64,000 nucleotides of DNA, from NCBI RefSeq assembly GCF_041903675.1, contig NZ_JAYESI010000001.1:160643-224642 (forward strand), read 5' to 3'. Shown in pieces: positions 47,203-56,916 of the stretch (position 1 is its first letter; each line of letters starts with the position of its first letter). The notes under the pieces were generated by a model. That model saw only the letters and a program-made list of their open reading frames with translations, had not been told where the DNA came from and did not search any database. The position numbers were made by a program, and so were the translations under genes. The DNA is from Corallococcus sp. RDP092CA. Lineage in GTDB: Bacteria; Myxococcota; Myxococcia; Myxococcales; Myxococcaceae.

Positions 47203-47240
47203 CAAGGGCTTGGGTGGCTTCGGTCGCCCAAGCCCTTTTT
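47203..47240 (+). terminator. Rho-independent terminator after tRNA-Thr
   Basis: caagggcttgggtggcttcggtcgcccaagccc followed by ttttt. Confidence 0.6.
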
Positions 47241-47475
47241 CTATGTTGCCTACGAGGCTCCGCGCCGTTTCGAGTGCCCGCGCGACCGGGCCGAGGAACT
47301 GGTGCATCAAGGAGCCTGACGTCCTCCACTCCCCCCGTCCAATCGTGGCGCGAACAGCGACCGGTCGCTCGTGCCGGTGCCGAGCGGGAGGACCGCGCAA
47401 GCTTCGCTGGGATTGTCGGACCCTGAAGTCAGGATGCCGCGCCTCCTGATTCCAGGAAGGTACCTTGGGGGGAGT

Positions 47476-48774
47476 ATGAGATTGATTGCAGTGGCGTCTT
47501 TGCTGCTTCTGTTGGCGGGGTGCGCGACCCCCCGCGTTGTCCACATCGACGTTGGGAATGGGCAGCGAGTCGTCCATGAGTCGGTGGAGGTTGACCCAGT
47601 TCAGGTGGGTGAGGACGAGTTCAAGGCGGCCCTCACGCAGCTCCTCCTCGACATGCGAATGGACGTTGCCTTCCGCGAGACGGATGCAGCCGACCGGCGA
47701 GGGTGGGTGAGGTCCCGGTCGTTGCTCGCATCCTCGAAGGGGCTCGCGGATTCGGGGGCTGGGGTGTCTCCGGAGTCCCTGTATTCGCGCATCTGCCCCG
47801 AGGGCGACGAGTGCTTGACCCTGGTGGACGGCACGGGGCTGCCCTTCTCGCGCAAGGACCGAACGTTGATGGCCCTGTCGTTCGCGCTGGATACGGTCTG
47901 GGGGAGCGTCGAGGCCGAGATCGGCAAGCTGCTGAACCCGGTGGTGCTCAAGGCCATGGTGACCTCCGCGGCGCTGACCGTGCTCCTCACGATGGCGCTG
48001 CCCGAGCCTGTCACGAAGGTCCTCGCCGTGGCGTTGACGGCGGCGATGGTGGCCTACCTGGGGGTGGTGCCTGTCTGGGAGATGGGACGGGGCTTCGTGC
48101 GGCTGTGGGACAACGCGGAGAGGGCAACGAGCGTCCTCGAGTTGCAGGACATCGGTCATCGCTTCGGGAAGGTGCTGGGGACGAACGGCACGCGTGTCCT
48201 GGTGCTGCTGGTCACGGCGGCCCTGGGTGGGAGGAACGCGATGGCGGCCCAGGGGCCCCGGCTCCCGGGCTTCCCCCAGGCTGTGTCCCGAGGACAAGCC
48301 GAGGCGGGCTTCCAACTCGGAGCGGCGATGAATGGCGGCGTGTCGTCCATCGCGCTGCCCGCTGCTGGAGTGCTGAACGTGACGCTGGCTCCGGGCGCGA
48401 CCGCTGTCGTCGCGATGTACTCGAATGGTATTCAGGGTGACGCTGAAGGTCCGGTTCACCACATCTGTACGAACAAGAACCCGGTTTCGGCTGTATCAGG
48501 CGGTCCCTGGACACCGTTGTGCGAAGAGGTCTTTGCCCGAGCCGGGATGTCCCTGGAAGATGTCTCCAACAAAGTCCGACTCGGGGGACACCAGGGACCT
48601 CATCCACGCGAATACCACGAGGCGGTATTGCGGCGCTTGAATGACGCGCTAGGAAAATGCAGGAGCATGGACGCGTGTCGGAGTCGCCTGGTCGAAGAGC
48701 TTGCCAGAATCGCAGAGGAGCTTCTGACGCCAGGTTCAGCGCTTCGGCGCCTGATTGTGCCGAAAGAGGGCTAG
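47476..48774 (+). CDS. Lipoprotein polymorphic-toxin candidate with C-terminal AHH/HNH-type nuclease domain (SitA-like)
   Basis: MRLIAVASLLLLLAGC lipobox after GGGGGGAG RBS. Two hydrophobic helices mid-protein. C-terminus VHHICTNKN...AGMSLEDVSNKVRLGGHQGPHPREYHEAVLRRL resembles the AHH nuclease signature. GC drops at the C-terminal domain. Confidence 0.55.
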   Translation: MRLIAVASLLLLLAGCATPRVVHIDVGNGQRVVHESVEVDPVQVGEDEFKAALTQLLLDMRMDVAFRETDAADRRGWVRSRSLLASSKGLADSGAGVSPESLYSRICPEGDECLTLVDGTGLPFSRKDRTLMALSFALDTVWGSVEAEIGKLLNPVVLKAMVTSAALTVLLTMALPEPVTKVLAVALTAAMVAYLGVVPVWEMGRGFVRLWDNAERATSVLELQDIGHRFGKVLGTNGTRVLVLLVTAALGGRNAMAAQGPRLPGFPQAVSRGQAEAGFQLGAAMNGGVSSIALPAAGVLNVTLAPGATAVVAMYSNGIQGDAEGPVHHICTNKNPVSAVSGGPWTPLCEEVFARAGMSLEDVSNKVRLGGHQGPHPREYHEAVLRRLNDALGKCRSMDACRSRLVEELARIAEELLTPGSALRRLIVPKEG

Positions 48775-48777
48775 TGG

Positions 48778-49368
48778 ATGTTCAATGGAAATTACTATGA
48801 TGTTGGAATTGCGGATGTCCCTCAGTGGGTGCTGGAGTTGCCTGTTCTTGCATCTGGCGACGAGCTAGACGACCCGTGGATGTTTGGGGACGGAAGGCGC
48901 CTGCCAGAGCCAGGACTCCTCAAGAGCAGGCCGTTCCGTGACGGGCCACAACGGTCCTTCTCTGTGGCGAATTCAGGGAGAACGCCTATCGCAGACGAGC
49001 AGGCTGCGAATGTCTTTCGCAAGCTGGCGCCTGCTGATGTTCAGGTGTTCCCCATCGAAGTCGCAGGAGCGAGGAAGCCACTCTTTGTCATCAACGCAGC
49101 CAGGTGCTTCAAATGCGTTGATGAGACAAACTCCAAGGAGGTGCAGATCTATCCTCCAGAGGGTGTCGCACCGGAGAGAGTCGGAACGTACCGTGCCATT
49201 TACGGACTGCGTATCGACCCTTCCAAATCAGAGGGTGCCCGGGTCTTTCGGATACAAGGCTATTCTTCTGCGTTCATCGTCTCTGAGGACATCAAGACCG
49301 CCCTCGAAGCAGTCGGGAACCTGGGCGTTTCGTTCGAGCGTGTGACCGGACCGCACGAGCCTCACTGA
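48778..49368 (+). CDS. Candidate cognate immunity protein
   Basis: ATG lies 4 nt after the toxin stop. Lowest-GC part of the window. 196 aa. No signal peptide. Confidence 0.4.
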   Translation: MFNGNYYDVGIADVPQWVLELPVLASGDELDDPWMFGDGRRLPEPGLLKSRPFRDGPQRSFSVANSGRTPIADEQAANVFRKLAPADVQVFPIEVAGARKPLFVINAARCFKCVDETNSKEVQIYPPEGVAPERVGTYRAIYGLRIDPSKSEGARVFRIQGYSSAFIVSEDIKTALEAVGNLGVSFERVTGPHEPH

Positions 49369-49375
49369 CGGTCGG

Positions 49376-49615
49376 TCAGGGGCGCGACAGCGTCGCGGGT
49401 GCTCCTCCCGAGGGGAGCAGCGCTTCGCGGTTCTTGAAGAAGATGAAGACACCCATGACGACGAGGAACAGGGAGAAGGCCCGTTTGAGCGCCGCCTGGG
49501 AGACGTAGTGGGACGCCCAGGTGCCGAGGAGGATCCCGGCCACGGCGATGGCCGTGAAGATCCCCAGCGCGCGCCAGGGGACCTCCACGTGGCCCAGGTA
49601 GCCGGCGAAGCCCAC
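49376..49615 (-). pseudogene. C-terminal remnant of a TauE/SafE (TSUP) sulfite-exporter family gene
   Basis: 79-aa ORF equal to the last two TM helices of TSUP proteins (ILLGTWASHYVSQAALKRAFSLFLVVMGVFIFF). No in-frame upstream continuation. Confidence 0.45.
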
Positions 49616-49702
49616 GAAGGCCGAGCGTGGCGAGCCGCGAGGCTTGGAGGTCTTGATAGGGGGAGGGCGTCATCGCTTGTCTCCTGAGGGCCGCGTGGGA
49701 CG

Positions 49703-50404
49703 TCACGCGTCCTGGGGTGAGGGCGCCGTGTGACCACAGGCGCGGTTGGCCGGGACGGCGAGGTCCATCTTCCGGGGCTTGGGAAGATGGAGGTTCTCCA
49801 TGATGTGGATGAACTCCTCGCGGCTCTTGCCGACGAGGCGCGGGTGGTGCCGCTTCTCCTCGGCGATGGTCGTCATCGTGAAGCCCCTGTAGTCATGGGC
49901 GGGGTAGACGCGCGTCGCGTCCGGCAGGTGGAAGAGGACGCGGGTGATGGAGTCGTGGAGCCGGGCCGCGTCTCCGTTCTGGAAGTCGGTGCGGCCGTTG
50001 CCGCGCACGAGCAGCGCGTCGCCGGTGAAGACCCGATCGCCCAGCAGGTAGCTGACGCTGTCATCCGTGTGGCCCGGCGTGGCGAGCACCTGGAAGACGA
50101 GTTGCCCGATGCGCACCTCGTCCCCGTGGCGCACCTGGAGATCGGCGCAGGCGGCGCCGCCCACGCTCCCCACCACCGTGCACCGCGTGCGCTCGCGCAG
50201 CACGCCCGACGCGGTGACGTGGTCGGCGTGCACGTGGGTGTCGAGGACGTGCGTGAGGGTGAGGTCCAGCTCGCGGACCAGTTGTAGATCGCGGTCGACC
50301 TGCTCCAGCACGGGATCGATGAGGACGGCCTGCCGCGTGGCCTCGTCACCGAGGAGGTAGGTGTACGTCGAGGACTCGGAATCGAAAAGCTGGCGGAAAA
50401 TCAT
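49703..50404 (-). CDS. pdo: Persulfide dioxygenase (ETHE1/Blh-like MBL-fold)
   Basis: MIFRQLFDSESSTYTYLL N-terminus. HVHADH metal motif. 233 aa. Confidence 0.8.
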   Translation of the reverse strand: MIFRQLFDSESSTYTYLLGDEATRQAVLIDPVLEQVDRDLQLVRELDLTLTHVLDTHVHADHVTASGVLRERTRCTVVGSVGGAACADLQVRHGDEVRIGQLVFQVLATPGHTDDSVSYLLGDRVFTGDALLVRGNGRTDFQNGDAARLHDSITRVLFHLPDATRVYPAHDYRGFTMTTIAEEKRHHPRLVGKSREEFIHIMENLHLPKPRKMDLAVPANRACGHTAPSPQDA

Positions 50405-50522
50405 GGTCGAAGCCTCCTGCCCGTGAGAGCCAGGGCGCCGCGAAAGGATTCAGGAGGGGGCCCGGTGATACATCCTGGCCGCGGTCCGAATCCTCCGCGG
50501 TGGAACCTGGCTCTCATCCGGC

Positions 50523-50948
50523 ATGACCTCCTTCATCCTCCTTCCCCTCGTGGGCGGGGCGCTCATCGGCCTGAGCGCCTCCTTGCTCCTCCTGGCCAAT
50601 GGCCGGGTGGCCGGAATCAGTGGGGTGGTGGGCTCGCTGCTCACCCCCGCCCGCGGCGACATCGCCTGGCGCCTGTCCTTCCTCGCAGGGCTCCTGGGCG
50701 GCGGGCTGCTGCTGGCGGCGGTGCGCCCCGGGACCTTCGCGGCCACCGCGCCCCCGGGCGTCGGCGGCGCCATCACGCTGGTGGGCGCCGGACTGCTGGT
50801 GGGCTTCGGTTCGCTGCTGGGCAACGGCTGCACGAGCGGACACGGCGTCTGCGGCATCAGCCGGGGGGCGACCCGCTCCATCGCCGCCACGCTCACCTTC
50901 ATGGCCACTGGCGGCCTCACCGTCTTCCTCGTCCGCCACGTCTTCTAG
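50523..50948 (+). CDS. YeeE/YedE-family sulfur-transport membrane protein (half 1)
   Basis: [12 protein letters not shown] signature. 4 TM segments. Confidence 0.7.
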   Translation: MTSFILLPLVGGALIGLSASLLLLANGRVAGISGVVGSLLTPARGDIAWRLSFLAGLLGGGLLLAAVRPGTFAATAPPGVGGAITLVGAGLLVGFGSLLGNGCTSGHGVCGISRGATRSIAATLTFMATGGLTVFLVRHVF

Positions 50949-50960
50949 GGAGGCCGCTCC

Positions 50961-51437
50961 ATGCGTTCCAACCTCAGTGCGCTGCTCAGCGGCGCTCTCT
51001 TCGCGGTCGGGCTGGGCCTCGCGGGCATGACGGACCCGGCCAACGTTCTCGGGTTCCTCGACGTCGCGGGGGACTGGGACTTCCGGCTCGCCTTCGTGAT
51101 GGCGGGCGCCATCGCCGTCCATGCGGCGCTGCGGCCCCTCGTCCTCCGACGTGAGCGCCCCCTGTTCGCCGGGACGTTCCCTGCCTTCACATCGACGCGG
51201 GTGGACCCCAGGCTCCTCGTGGGGGCGGGCCTCTTCGGCGTGGGGTGGGGGCTCGGAGGCTACTGCCCGGGCCCCGCGCTCACCTCCCTCGCCAGCGGGG
51301 CGTCAGGGGTGCTCCTCTTCGTGCCCGCGATGTTGGTGGGCATGGGGCTCGCCCACGGGTGGCGGTCGCGGCACGGCGGGCGTGCGGACGCCGCGGACCC
51401 GGAGTCCGCGAGCGTGGGCGCGACGCCAGCGTCATGA
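50961..51437 (+). CDS. YeeE/YedE-family membrane protein (half 2)
   Basis: [11 protein letters not shown] signature. Confidence 0.7.
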   Translation: MRSNLSALLSGALFAVGLGLAGMTDPANVLGFLDVAGDWDFRLAFVMAGAIAVHAALRPLVLRRERPLFAGTFPAFTSTRVDPRLLVGAGLFGVGWGLGGYCPGPALTSLASGASGVLLFVPAMLVGMGLAHGWRSRHGGRADAADPESASVGATPAS

Positions 51438-51866
51438 CTCGAGCGAGCGCTTTTTCGGGAGCGCCGCCGCGCTGGCACCTCGGCGTCCGGGGAATGGCGA
51501 TGTGAAGCGGATGGAGTCCGCGCGCTGCCGCCTGGGACCTGACCCCAGGCCGTCAGGGCAGGCGCGCCTCTTCGCGGCTCGGCCCGGGGGGCCTGACGCG
51601 GACCCAGAGGGGGCCCACCTGCCTCCCGCGGCAGTGGCTTCCCGGGCCCGAGCCTGGACGCCGGGGGGAAACGAGGGGGAGGGGGCCCTGGCCGGCCGAC
51701 CCGCTGGCGACCTGAACCCGGCGATAAGCCCGAAGCTGGCCGCCTGCCTGCTTTCCCTGGTGTCAACAGGGAATCTGTCGCACAACGTCACCCGTTAACT
51801 GGCGCGTTCGGCCGTTCGTGCGAGGCGCACGGGAACGCCGCCGGCCCTCTTCGGGAGTCAACGACC

Positions 51867-52640
51867 GTGAGCAACCTCATGAAGGAGTCCGTGCTGCGCG
51901 TGCACCACTGGACCGACACCCTCTTCAGCTTCGTCACCACGCGCGACCCGGGGTTCCGCTTCGCCAGCGGCCAGTTCACGATGATTGGCCTGGAGGTGGA
52001 GAACCGCCCGCTGCTGCGCGCCTACAGCATGGTGAGCGCGCACTATGACGACCACCTCGAGTTCCTCAGCATCAAGGTGCCCGGCGGGCCCCTGACCTCC
52101 CGGCTCCAGCACCTCAAGGAGGGCGACAACGTCCTGGTCAGCCGCAAGGCCACCGGGACGCTCGTCCTCAAGCACCTGCTGCCCGGCAAGAACCTCTACA
52201 TGCTGAGCACGGGCACGGGCCTGGCGCCGTTCCTGAGCCTCGTGAAGGACCCGGAGATGTACGAGCAGTTCGACCGCGTCATCCTCACGCACACCTGCCG
52301 GCGGGCCGAGGAGCTGGCCTACCACGACCTCTTCCTCCATGAGCTGCCGCGCAACGAGTTCTTCGGGGAGCTGGTGAAGCAGAAGCTCACGTACTACCCG
52401 AGCGTCACGCGCGAGGACTTCCGCAACACCGGCCGCATCACGGATCTCATCCGCAGCGAGAAGCTGTTCAAGGACGTGGGCCTGCCGCCGCTGAACCCGG
52501 AGGTCGACCGGGTGATGCTCTGCGGCAGCCCCGCCATGCTCGCGGACCTCACGGTCATGCTGGAGGAGCGCGGCTTCCGGGAGGGCACCCCGGGAGAGGC
52601 CGGCCACTACGTCACCGAGAAGGCCTTCGCCGAGCGCTGA
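51867..52640 (+). CDS. fpr: Ferredoxin/flavodoxin--NADP+ reductase
   Basis: VHHWTDTLFSF...RAYS FAD-binding RxYS motif. MLSTGTGLAPF NADP motif. About 257 aa. Confidence 0.8.
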   Translation: MSNLMKESVLRVHHWTDTLFSFVTTRDPGFRFASGQFTMIGLEVENRPLLRAYSMVSAHYDDHLEFLSIKVPGGPLTSRLQHLKEGDNVLVSRKATGTLVLKHLLPGKNLYMLSTGTGLAPFLSLVKDPEMYEQFDRVILTHTCRRAEELAYHDLFLHELPRNEFFGELVKQKLTYYPSVTREDFRNTGRITDLIRSEKLFKDVGLPPLNPEVDRVMLCGSPAMLADLTVMLEERGFREGTPGEAGHYVTEKAFAER

Positions 52641-52759
52641 GCGGCCACGACCCGCGGCCTGCTGGAGCGGGTCGTCGCCGGGCTGCTCAAAGAGGCGGTC
52701 CCACGGGCCGGCGCCCTCCGGCCGGTAGACCGCCTCCGGCCAGTCCATCGGGGAGACCT

Positions 52760-53125
52760 CTAGCGTGGGGCCGGGTCCTTTCCGGGGGCCCGCGGTGGAT
52801 CCGCCTTCTTGAACGTCTCCTTGGCGACGTTCATCGCGGACAGGGCCTTGGGCCAGCCGCAGTAGAAGGCCAGGTGCGTGAGGGCCTCGACGAGCTCCGA
52901 CTCGGAGAGGCCGTTCTCCCGGGCCTTGGCGAGGTGGAAGGGCAGCTGTTCGGTGTTGCCGCCCACGGTGAGCGCGGCGACGGTGACGAGGCTGCGGTCG
53001 CGGGGCGCAAGCCCCTGGCGCTCCCAGACATCGCCAAACAGCACGTCATCCGTGAGCTGCACCAGCTTGGGCGCGAAGTCGCCCAGCTGCTTCTGGAGCG
53101 CGGAAGGTTCTTTCTTCAGGGTCAT
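52760..53125 (-). CDS. Carboxymuconolactone decarboxylase/AhpD-family protein
   Basis: AhpD-like fold with HLAFYCGWP motif. 121 aa. Confidence 0.7.
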   Translation of the reverse strand: MTLKKEPSALQKQLGDFAPKLVQLTDDVLFGDVWERQGLAPRDRSLVTVAALTVGGNTEQLPFHLAKARENGLSESELVEALTHLAFYCGWPKALSAMNVAKETFKKADPPRAPGKDPAPR

Positions 53126-53236
53126 GGCTCCCTACAGGTATGTCCGCCCCCAACCGACGACCAGGAGGCAGGGGGGGATGGGCTTTGAAGCCAGGGTTGA
53201 TGATGAAGTGACGCTGTCCGAGAAGGGACCTTCGCG

Positions 53237-54142
53237 ATGAAGCCGGCGCTCCTTCCCCACCTCCAGGTGTTCCTCGTCGTGGCCCGCCTGCGCAGCTTCA
53301 GCGGCGCGGCGCGCGAGCTCGGCGTCTCCACGACCGCGGTGAGCCAGTCGGTGCGTCACTTCGAGGAGCAGCTGGGGGTGACGCTGCTCGCGCGCACGAC
53401 GCGCAGCGTGTCGCTGACGGATGCCGGCCGGCGCCTGGTGGAAGGCGCCGGTCCCGGGCTGGGCCAGGCCCTCTCCGCCATCCGCGAGGTCTCCGCGCAG
53501 CCGGGCGAGACCGTGGGCCGGCTGCGGCTGTCGGTGCCGCGCTCGGCGGTGCCGTTCCTCATCACCCCGGTCCTCCCCACCTTCCGGGAGCGCCATCCCC
53601 GGGTGGAGGTGGAGGTCGTCGTCGAGGACCGCTTCGTGGACATCGTGGCCGAGGGCTACGACGCGGGCGTGCGGCTGAGCGAGGCCATCGAGCGCGACAT
53701 GGTGCAGGTGCGGCTCACCGACGCGTTCCGCTTCGTGGTGGTGGGCGCGCCCGGCTACCTCGCGCGCCAGGGCTCGCCCCAGCGCCCCGAGGACCTCCTG
53801 AAGCACGAGTGCATCACCTTCCGCTCGCAGTCCACCGGGACGCTCTACGCCTGGGAGCTGGAGCGTGGCCGCCGGAGCTGGCGCGTGCCGGTGCGGGGCG
53901 GCGTCGTCAGCAATGACAATCAGACCACCGTGGCGCTCGCGGAGGCGGGGCTGGGGCTGGCGTATGCCTTCGAGCCGGCCGCGGAGGAGCGGCTGCGCGC
54001 GGGGCGGCTCGTGCGGGTGCTGGAGGCCTATGCGCCCACCGTTCCTGGCTTCTTCCTCTACTTCCCCAGCCGGGCCCAGCGCTCCATGCCCTTGCGCCAC
54101 TTCATCGAGGTCGCGAAGGAGCTGAGCGCCAGGCGGCTGTGA
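53237..54142 (+). CDS. LysR-family transcriptional regulator
   Basis: N-terminal HTH (FSGAARELGVSTTAVSQSVRHFE) and LysR substrate-binding domain. Divergent from the AhpD-like gene. Confidence 0.85.
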   Translation: MKPALLPHLQVFLVVARLRSFSGAARELGVSTTAVSQSVRHFEEQLGVTLLARTTRSVSLTDAGRRLVEGAGPGLGQALSAIREVSAQPGETVGRLRLSVPRSAVPFLITPVLPTFRERHPRVEVEVVVEDRFVDIVAEGYDAGVRLSEAIERDMVQVRLTDAFRFVVVGAPGYLARQGSPQRPEDLLKHECITFRSQSTGTLYAWELERGRRSWRVPVRGGVVSNDNQTTVALAEAGLGLAYAFEPAAEERLRAGRLVRVLEAYAPTVPGFFLYFPSRAQRSMPLRHFIEVAKELSARRL

Positions 54143-54203
54143 AGGCTCCCGGGGCGTGAGCTCAATCCCATCCAGGAAGGCATGGTAACCCCGTGCGTTC
54201 CGC

Positions 54204-55325
54204 CTACCGCGGCGAGGGCCGGGCCGCGGGACGCCGCGCGACGTGGAAGACGCTGCCGCCCAGGTCCTTCACGATGGACTCGATGGACCGCTGCGCGCGC
54301 ACGCTGTTGCCTGCCTCATCCAGGGGCGGCGCGAACGCGGCCACCGCGTACTTGCCGGGCACCACCGCGACGATGCCTCCGCCCACGCCGCTCTTGGCGG
54401 GCACGCCGACGTCAAAGGCCCAGGTGCCGGAGTCCTCGTAGAGGCCGGCGGTCATCATCACCGCGAGGGTGTGCGCGGCCACGTCGGGGCTCACCACCGC
54501 CTTGCCGGTGAGGGGGTTGGTGCCGCCCGCGGCGAGGGTGGCGCCCATCGCGGCCAGGTCCTTCACGGTCACCGCCACCGAGCACTGCCGCGTGTAGACG
54601 TCGAGCGCCTCCGCCGGGTTGCCGGGGATCACGTCATACGCCTTGAGCAGGTCCGCGATGGAGCGGTTGCGGGTGTTGGTCTTCGACTCGGACTTGTAGA
54701 TCTCCTGATCCACCGAGAGCTCGCGGCCGGCGAACGCGCTGAGGGTGCCCAGGACGCTGTCCCAGCGCGCGTCGGCGTTCGCGGCCTTCAGGTTCCCCAC
54801 GGTGGCGATGGCGCCCGCGTTCACCAGGGGATTGCCGGTGGGAGGCTCCTTCTGCTGCTTGTTCCGCTCGATGGCCTCGATGGAGTTGAAGGGGAGGCCG
54901 GTGGCATTCACCCCCAGCTTGTCCTCCACGCGCTGGATTCCCAGCTCCGACATCAGCTTCGCCGCCATGAAGGGCTTGGAGATGGACTGGATGGAGAACG
55001 CGTGGCCGGTGTCTCCAATGGAGAAGGCCCTTCCGTCCACGGTGAGGATGGCGATGCCGAACAGCTTCGGGTCGACCCTGGCGAGCACCGGGATGTAATC
55101 GGCGTTCTTGCCGGCGGTGACCCCCTTGTTCGCGGAGTAGGACCGCTGCATGGCGGACTGGAACTCCTCATCGGTGGGGAGGCCGGCCTCCGGTGCGCTC
55201 TGGGTGCGCGCGGGGGCCTCCGCCGGGGCGCTGGCGGGCGCCTGTGCCCAGGCGCCTGTCGTGAGCGTGACGACGGTGAGCGCCGCCCAGAGGGCGCTCC
55301 TGCGAACACGGTTGCCTTCGAGCAT
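54204..55325 (-). CDS. glsA: Glutaminase A with signal peptide (possibly Tat: RVRRSALW)
   Basis: SIQSISKPF serine-lysine active site. GGGAGG RBS before the MLEGNRVRRSALW start. Confidence 0.8.
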   Translation of the reverse strand: MLEGNRVRRSALWAALTVVTLTTGAWAQAPASAPAEAPARTQSAPEAGLPTDEEFQSAMQRSYSANKGVTAGKNADYIPVLARVDPKLFGIAILTVDGRAFSIGDTGHAFSIQSISKPFMAAKLMSELGIQRVEDKLGVNATGLPFNSIEAIERNKQQKEPPTGNPLVNAGAIATVGNLKAANADARWDSVLGTLSAFAGRELSVDQEIYKSESKTNTRNRSIADLLKAYDVIPGNPAEALDVYTRQCSVAVTVKDLAAMGATLAAGGTNPLTGKAVVSPDVAAHTLAVMMTAGLYEDSGTWAFDVGVPAKSGVGGGIVAVVPGKYAVAAFAPPLDEAGNSVRAQRSIESIVKDLGGSVFHVARRPAARPSPR

Positions 55326-55448
55326 GAGGACCCCTCCCACTGTGAATGGCTTTCACCGCGCAACCTAGGTCGCCATCGACAGTCGGACAGCCTTGGGGAG
55401 GGGGGCCTCGCGTGCGCCACCTCGGCCGCCTGGCTCGCCCGTGGCCAG

Positions 55449-56591
55449 TCAGAGCATGCTCTTGCCGAGCTCCAGCACCACCTCGATGAAGCGCCGGTTG
55501 GCGAGGAGCAGGGGCACCAGGGGCGCCATGGCCGCGGCGACGACGGTCAGCGCCGCGCGGAGGTCCACCGGGAGCGAGCGCATGCCGCGTGTCGTCTTGA
55601 AGGACGTGCCCAGGTCCGCGAGCGAGGAGAAGTCATCCGCGCTCAGCGGGTCCAGCCCCTCCGGAAGCTCGCGGTGGAACCACCGCCGCTCGAAGCGCTG
55701 CGAGTGCCAGGCCGCCACGGCCGAGAGGTCCTGGTCCCCCTTTTGCTTCGCCCTCAGCAGCTGACGGAAGAAGGGCAGCAGCGGGGCGAAGACGACGACG
55801 AGGCAGAGGAGCGCGAAGGCGAACAGGTGCAGGGCGTAGTCGGTGAAGTCCGTGGTGGGGGCGTGCGGCAGGCGATGCGCGGTGAGCGTGGCGGCCACGG
55901 CGAGGACGATGAGGGAGAAGCTGGCCTGGACCGTCCCGAGGAAGCCCAGTCCGCCCGCCGCGTCCGGATGGGTGGGCACGAGGGCGAGCGGCAGCCGGGA
56001 GACCTTGAACAGGAACCTTGCCCACAGGACCCCGTGCCACAGCCAGCGCAGGAGCTGGAACCGGAGGAGGGGCATGCTCACCGCGAGGTACCACCCCCCG
56101 GCCAGGGTCAGCGGGCCCCGGGGCTCCGCGTGGAGCCAGGACGGACGGATCGTCAGGTGGGGCACGTCCAGGAAGGACGCGGCGAAGGAGAGGACCAGCA
56201 ACCCCGCCTCGATGAGGACGCTCCGCCGCGTCCGCACCACGCTGTTGGCGATGCCCTCGTAGCGGGGCAGGTCCTTCGCGGCAATCAGCTCCGAGACGAC
56301 GAACTGGCGCACGGCCGCCGAGAGGCTCAGGTCGATGTAGCGCTCGGACGCGACGAGCAGTGGCAGGGACACCAGGAACTGGACATGGGTCGCCGCGTCG
56401 CGGAGGAAGGCGCGCGACACCGCCCCTCCATCCAGGAGCGACAGGGCGAAGAGCGGAAGCCAGCTCACCAGCGTCAGGGCGAGGATGCGCGCCCACCTCG
56501 AAGCCCGCCGAGGAAGGGCGCGGCGCCGCGACCAGCCGAGCACGGGGCCCTGGACCAGTGAGAAGTCGAGCAGCGAGGCAGGGACGTCCAT
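55449..56591 (-). CDS. Integral membrane protein, hypothetical
   Basis: Multiple hydrophobic helices. Start uncertain (56591 or 56681). Confidence 0.4.
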   Translation of the reverse strand: MDVPASLLDFSLVQGPVLGWSRRRALPRRASRWARILALTLVSWLPLFALSLLDGGAVSRAFLRDAATHVQFLVSLPLLVASERYIDLSLSAAVRQFVVSELIAAKDLPRYEGIANSVVRTRRSVLIEAGLLVLSFAASFLDVPHLTIRPSWLHAEPRGPLTLAGGWYLAVSMPLLRFQLLRWLWHGVLWARFLFKVSRLPLALVPTHPDAAGGLGFLGTVQASFSLIVLAVAATLTAHRLPHAPTTDFTDYALHLFAFALLCLVVVFAPLLPFFRQLLRAKQKGDQDLSAVAAWHSQRFERRWFHRELPEGLDPLSADDFSSLADLGTSFKTTRGMRSLPVDLRAALTVVAAAMAPLVPLLLANRRFIEVVLELGKSML

Positions 56592-56916
56592 GGCCGCATC
56601 AAAGCTGCGCCGTAGGGGTGGCTCCCGCCAGTCGGGAGGGCGCCGAAGGAGGGAGTGGCGGCCAGGCCCGTCCGCCCCCACGGCAGCGGATGCGAGACAT
56701 CGAGCCCGCGCCGGGCGCGATGTCAGCGCTGGAGCGGAGCTGCTTCATGAACGCGTGCGGCGCGGGGAGGCCCGACTCCCGGAGGCTTCGGGGCGTGTCG
56801 CGCAGGCGGTCCTCGACGAGGCCGTCGGATGCAGGGGTGACGGCCTCGTGGATGCGTCGGCGCCGCGACCCGGACCGCCTTGCGCGCGGCGGCGGTTGAG
56901 AGAAGGCAGCCCGCTC

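Larger units (their letters stand above)
47240..49370. other. AT-richer islet immediately 3' of tRNA-Thr (likely horizontally acquired; no integrase or att repeat seen)
   Basis: Composition drops visibly, most strongly from about 48400 to 49370. Contains only the toxin-like lipoprotein and the coupled downstream gene. Followed by a truncated TauE/SafE remnant. Confidence 0.45.
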
